64,000 nucleotides of DNA from Nitrospirota bacterium (GTDB lineage: Bacteria; Nitrospirota; UBA9217), in the NCBI GenBank assembly GCA_963751455.1, contig CAVVUN010000006.1:192001-256000 (forward strand). The letters are read 5' to 3'. Under the pieces are notes generated by a model that was not told where the DNA came from, did not search any database, and saw only the letters and a program-made list of their open reading frames with translations. The translations under genes and the position numbers were made by a program. Shown piece by piece: positions 61,401-64,000 of the stretch (the stretch's first letter is position 1; each line of letters opens with the position of its first letter).

Positions 61401-61513
61401 TCTTCCTGAAGCGAAGGCGGTGCACCGTCCGGCTCAATTTTTTTCCGGGTAACGGTTTTCCGGGGCGTGGATATCGTTTTCTTTTTATCCGGTTCTTCTT
61501 TTTTTCTGGTCAT
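58485..61513 (-). CDS. CheB-CheR-PAS fusion with a frameshift near 58617 in the last PAS domain
   Basis: GASAGG, HLDP, VPGCSTGEE, SCRNLLIY, NEELQS coiled coil; tail FEVEHDFPELG...IEDVTGK is in another frame. Confidence 0.9.
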
Positions 61514-61704
61514 GTTTTCGACGACCTTTCAGTAAAATTATAAACCCTGTAGCCGGGATTAGCAAAAAGGTTATGCAGATGGTCATAACACGTACTTGAA
61601 ATCATACGAACAAATCAGTACCGTTAAACGAATGTATCAGAATTAAATTGGCTATTCAAGGGAATTAGCGGGTTCCCACCCTTCAGTTGTCGGGCGGGGC
61701 AATT

Positions 61705-61899
61705 GGTAGCCGCACCCTTTAGGGTGCGTTTTTTTGGACCAAGGCAACCATGTTGCCGTGTGAAATAACGCCATCACACCCTGTACCCGCGCTTTGCACT
61801 CGTGGCACCGGGCGCAGGCGGATGGCTCGGTTCAAATAACCCCCAAATAACGCAGGCTAAAACGACTCAACTGAGCTCGCCGAAGTCCTGCGGCTGCCT
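61705..61899. repeat. GTAG-type REP doublet interrupted by two micro-elements
   Basis: GGTAGCCGCACCCTTTAGGGTGCG ... CGCAGGCTAAA[insert]CCTGCGGCTGCC. Confidence 0.65.
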
Positions 61900-62200
61900 C
61901 CAATTACTGAAGACTTACGCCCAATTATATCTTCCTCTTGCAAAAGGACTTATTCTCATGCTATAGTTTTCATGTTTTTTATTCCGGAGAGGGACGGGGT
62001 GAGGATGGGTTTCATAACGAGTGCAGGTGTGAGGATGCGTTTTGTTGCCGACTCACCGAGACCCATCCCCACCTTAAATCCTCCCGCCCTGCACTCGCGG
62101 CCGCGCACTCGTAATCGCTGGGTGCGAGACCTTGAAGGGGAGGAAACTTTTATAACATTCACCCGGACATGTCAACTCTTCAGATAAATAAGATATTCCT

Positions 62201-64000
62201 ATGAGGAAGAAAACCGAAAAAGGCCGGCCAAAGCACAATACAGAAAGTCTGATATCCCCATCGAAAAAGTCACCTCGTCTCAATTTTAAATCCAATTTAA
62301 AAGATCAATCCAAACCTCTCGCAATAAAAGCGTTTGACACGAAAGTAAACAAAGCTCGCACCCGATCGACAAAGGCCGGAGCGAAGCCCGCCGTCAACAA
62401 AAAGCGCGAGTCGTTCTGCCACGTAAAACGCGACGACCTGGAGAGAATAGTCCGGGAGCGGACCGAGGAACTCAGAACGCATCAGATCGAACTGCAAATG
62501 CAGAATGAAGAGCTGCGGTCCGCGCAGCAGGAGCTGGAAGCATCACGAAGAAAATACGTTGAATTATACGAATTCGCACCCGTGGGATATTTTATGTTCG
62601 ATGCGAACGGACTTATACGCGACGTAAATATGGCCGGGGCAAATCAGCTTGAGCTCGATAAACAGGCGCTGCTCAAAAAGCCGTTCTCCTTGTTTATTCC
62701 CTCGCCCAATGACCGTCTTGCTTTTACGGCTCATAAAAAAAGGACTTTTTTGACGCAGCAGCGGCAGGAGTGCGATCTCAAGCTGCGGAGGCGCGACGGC
62801 GTCGTTTTTTATGCGCGACTCGAAAGCATTGCAGTTGAAAACGTGGACTACAGGGCCGGCCAGATCAGGACCGCGGTTGCCGACATCACCCGGCTTAAGC
62901 AGGCTGAAGAGGAGTTGAAGAATGCCAATGACGAGCTGGAAAAGCATGTACAGGTCCGCACCGATGAGCTGGCAAAGACGATTGCGGCGCTGACGACGGA
63001 AATATCCGATCGAAATCGGGCGGAAAAAACATTAAGCGAAACCCAGGAGGATCTGAAAAAGGCCCAGGCTCTCGCCCATATCGGAAGCTGGAGTCTCGAC
63101 CTCCGGTCCAAACGAGTCGCGTGGTCAGAGGAATTATTCAGGATTTTCGGGATAGCACCCGGTACGCACGACTCCGAACTCGAGAATATCATTCTCGGGA
63201 TCGTTCACCCCGATGACCGGCGAAAAGTGCGGCAAATTTACCGGCAGATATTTGAAACTTCAAAAGTGCAGCCTTGAGAATTCAGGCTAATCCTGCCGGA
63301 CGGCAGGAAACGAGTGGTCTGGGGCGAGGCCGAGATTGTCCGGGATTCGCTGGGAAAACCCGTTTCAATTGTCGGGACCGTACAGGACATCACCGACCGT
63401 AAAGGCGCCGAAGAAGAGCTCATTCGTCTGGTAACAGCTCTGGAATCCGCGGCTGATGCTGTCGTTATTACCGATTCGGCCATGGGAATTATTCAGTACG
63501 TCAATCCGGCCTTTGAACAGCTCACCGGTTATGAAAAGGGCGAAGCGCTGGGGCGCGATATTCACCTGCTGGACAGCGGCAGGCATGACCAGGCCTTCTA
63601 TCATCAACTCCGGGGCACGCTCAAAGAGGAGGGCTTCTGGGCCGGGCGTCTTGTCCAGAAAAGGAAGGACGGCACGCTGTACGAAGAGGAGTGCACCTAC
63701 TCGCTGGTCAAAAATTCCGACGGTGAGATCATCAATTACATATCGATCAAACGTGATGTGACAGAAAAAGCCCGCCTTGAATCGATCGCACAGTCTGTGG
63801 AGATGGTGAACAACATCGGATACATCTTCGCCGGCGTCAGTCATGAAATCGGCACTCCCGTCAACACAATAGGAATGAGCCTGGATATGATCAGGAAGAA
63901 TCTGGATATGCTGCCCAGGGAAAAGATCGCCGAATACGTGGACCGGGCGCAGACACAGGTCTCGAGGGTCCTGTACCTGCTGCGCAATCTGAGAAACTTC
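62201..64000 (+). CDS. Multi-PAS sensor histidine kinase with an in-frame TGA at 63275-63277; runs off the window
   Basis: PAS domains; the same frame stays open after TGA (EFRLILPDGRK...VQDITDRK, PAS, H-box GVSHEIGTP). Confidence 0.85.

Noticed and set aside
1-64000. CTCGAG avoidance as support for an active PaeR7I-like system
   Set aside because: Several CTCGAG sites are visible and no reliable count can be done by eye, so this is uninformative.

Overview
A 64-kb bacterial window of roughly 50% GC. Gene content suggests a Nitrospirota- or Desulfobacterota-like organism, but the taxon cannot be proven from sequence alone. No rRNA, tRNA, CRISPR array or integrase was seen. Nearly all genes are on the minus strand. 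(1) 0.3-36.4 kb is an accessory array of small enzymes (GNATs, SAM methyltransferases, cupins, esterases, PLP enzymes, dapL, a Ser/Ser DapF-like protein) mixed with C-terminal gene remnants, attC-like relics, an IS1182-family element and a leader-peptide attenuator. (2) 36.7-44.8 kb is a five-gene defence island: Mrr, a HEPN-motif protein, a ~1100-aa Mrr-like nuclease/STAND-like NTPase/tandem-AP2 fusion, and a PaeR7I/XhoI-like type II RM pair. (3) 47.6-55.2 kb is an apparent L-lysine catabolic cluster: ALDH7-type dehydrogenase, lat, a FAD-linked oxidase, and an unannotated protein with HglS/DUF1338-like motifs. (4) 55.7-64 kb holds signalling genes: REC-GAF-GGDEF-EAL, CheB-CheR, and a PAS histidine kinase with an in-frame TGA. 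Intergenic DNA is crowded with non-autonomous elements: IS66-, IS1182- and IS630-like MITEs with TSDs, paired short-period repeats, and ~45-bp and ~25-bp micro-elements, sometimes nested several levels deep. All family calls come from motif recognition by eye, not database searches. Several single-base frameshifts may be assembly errors.
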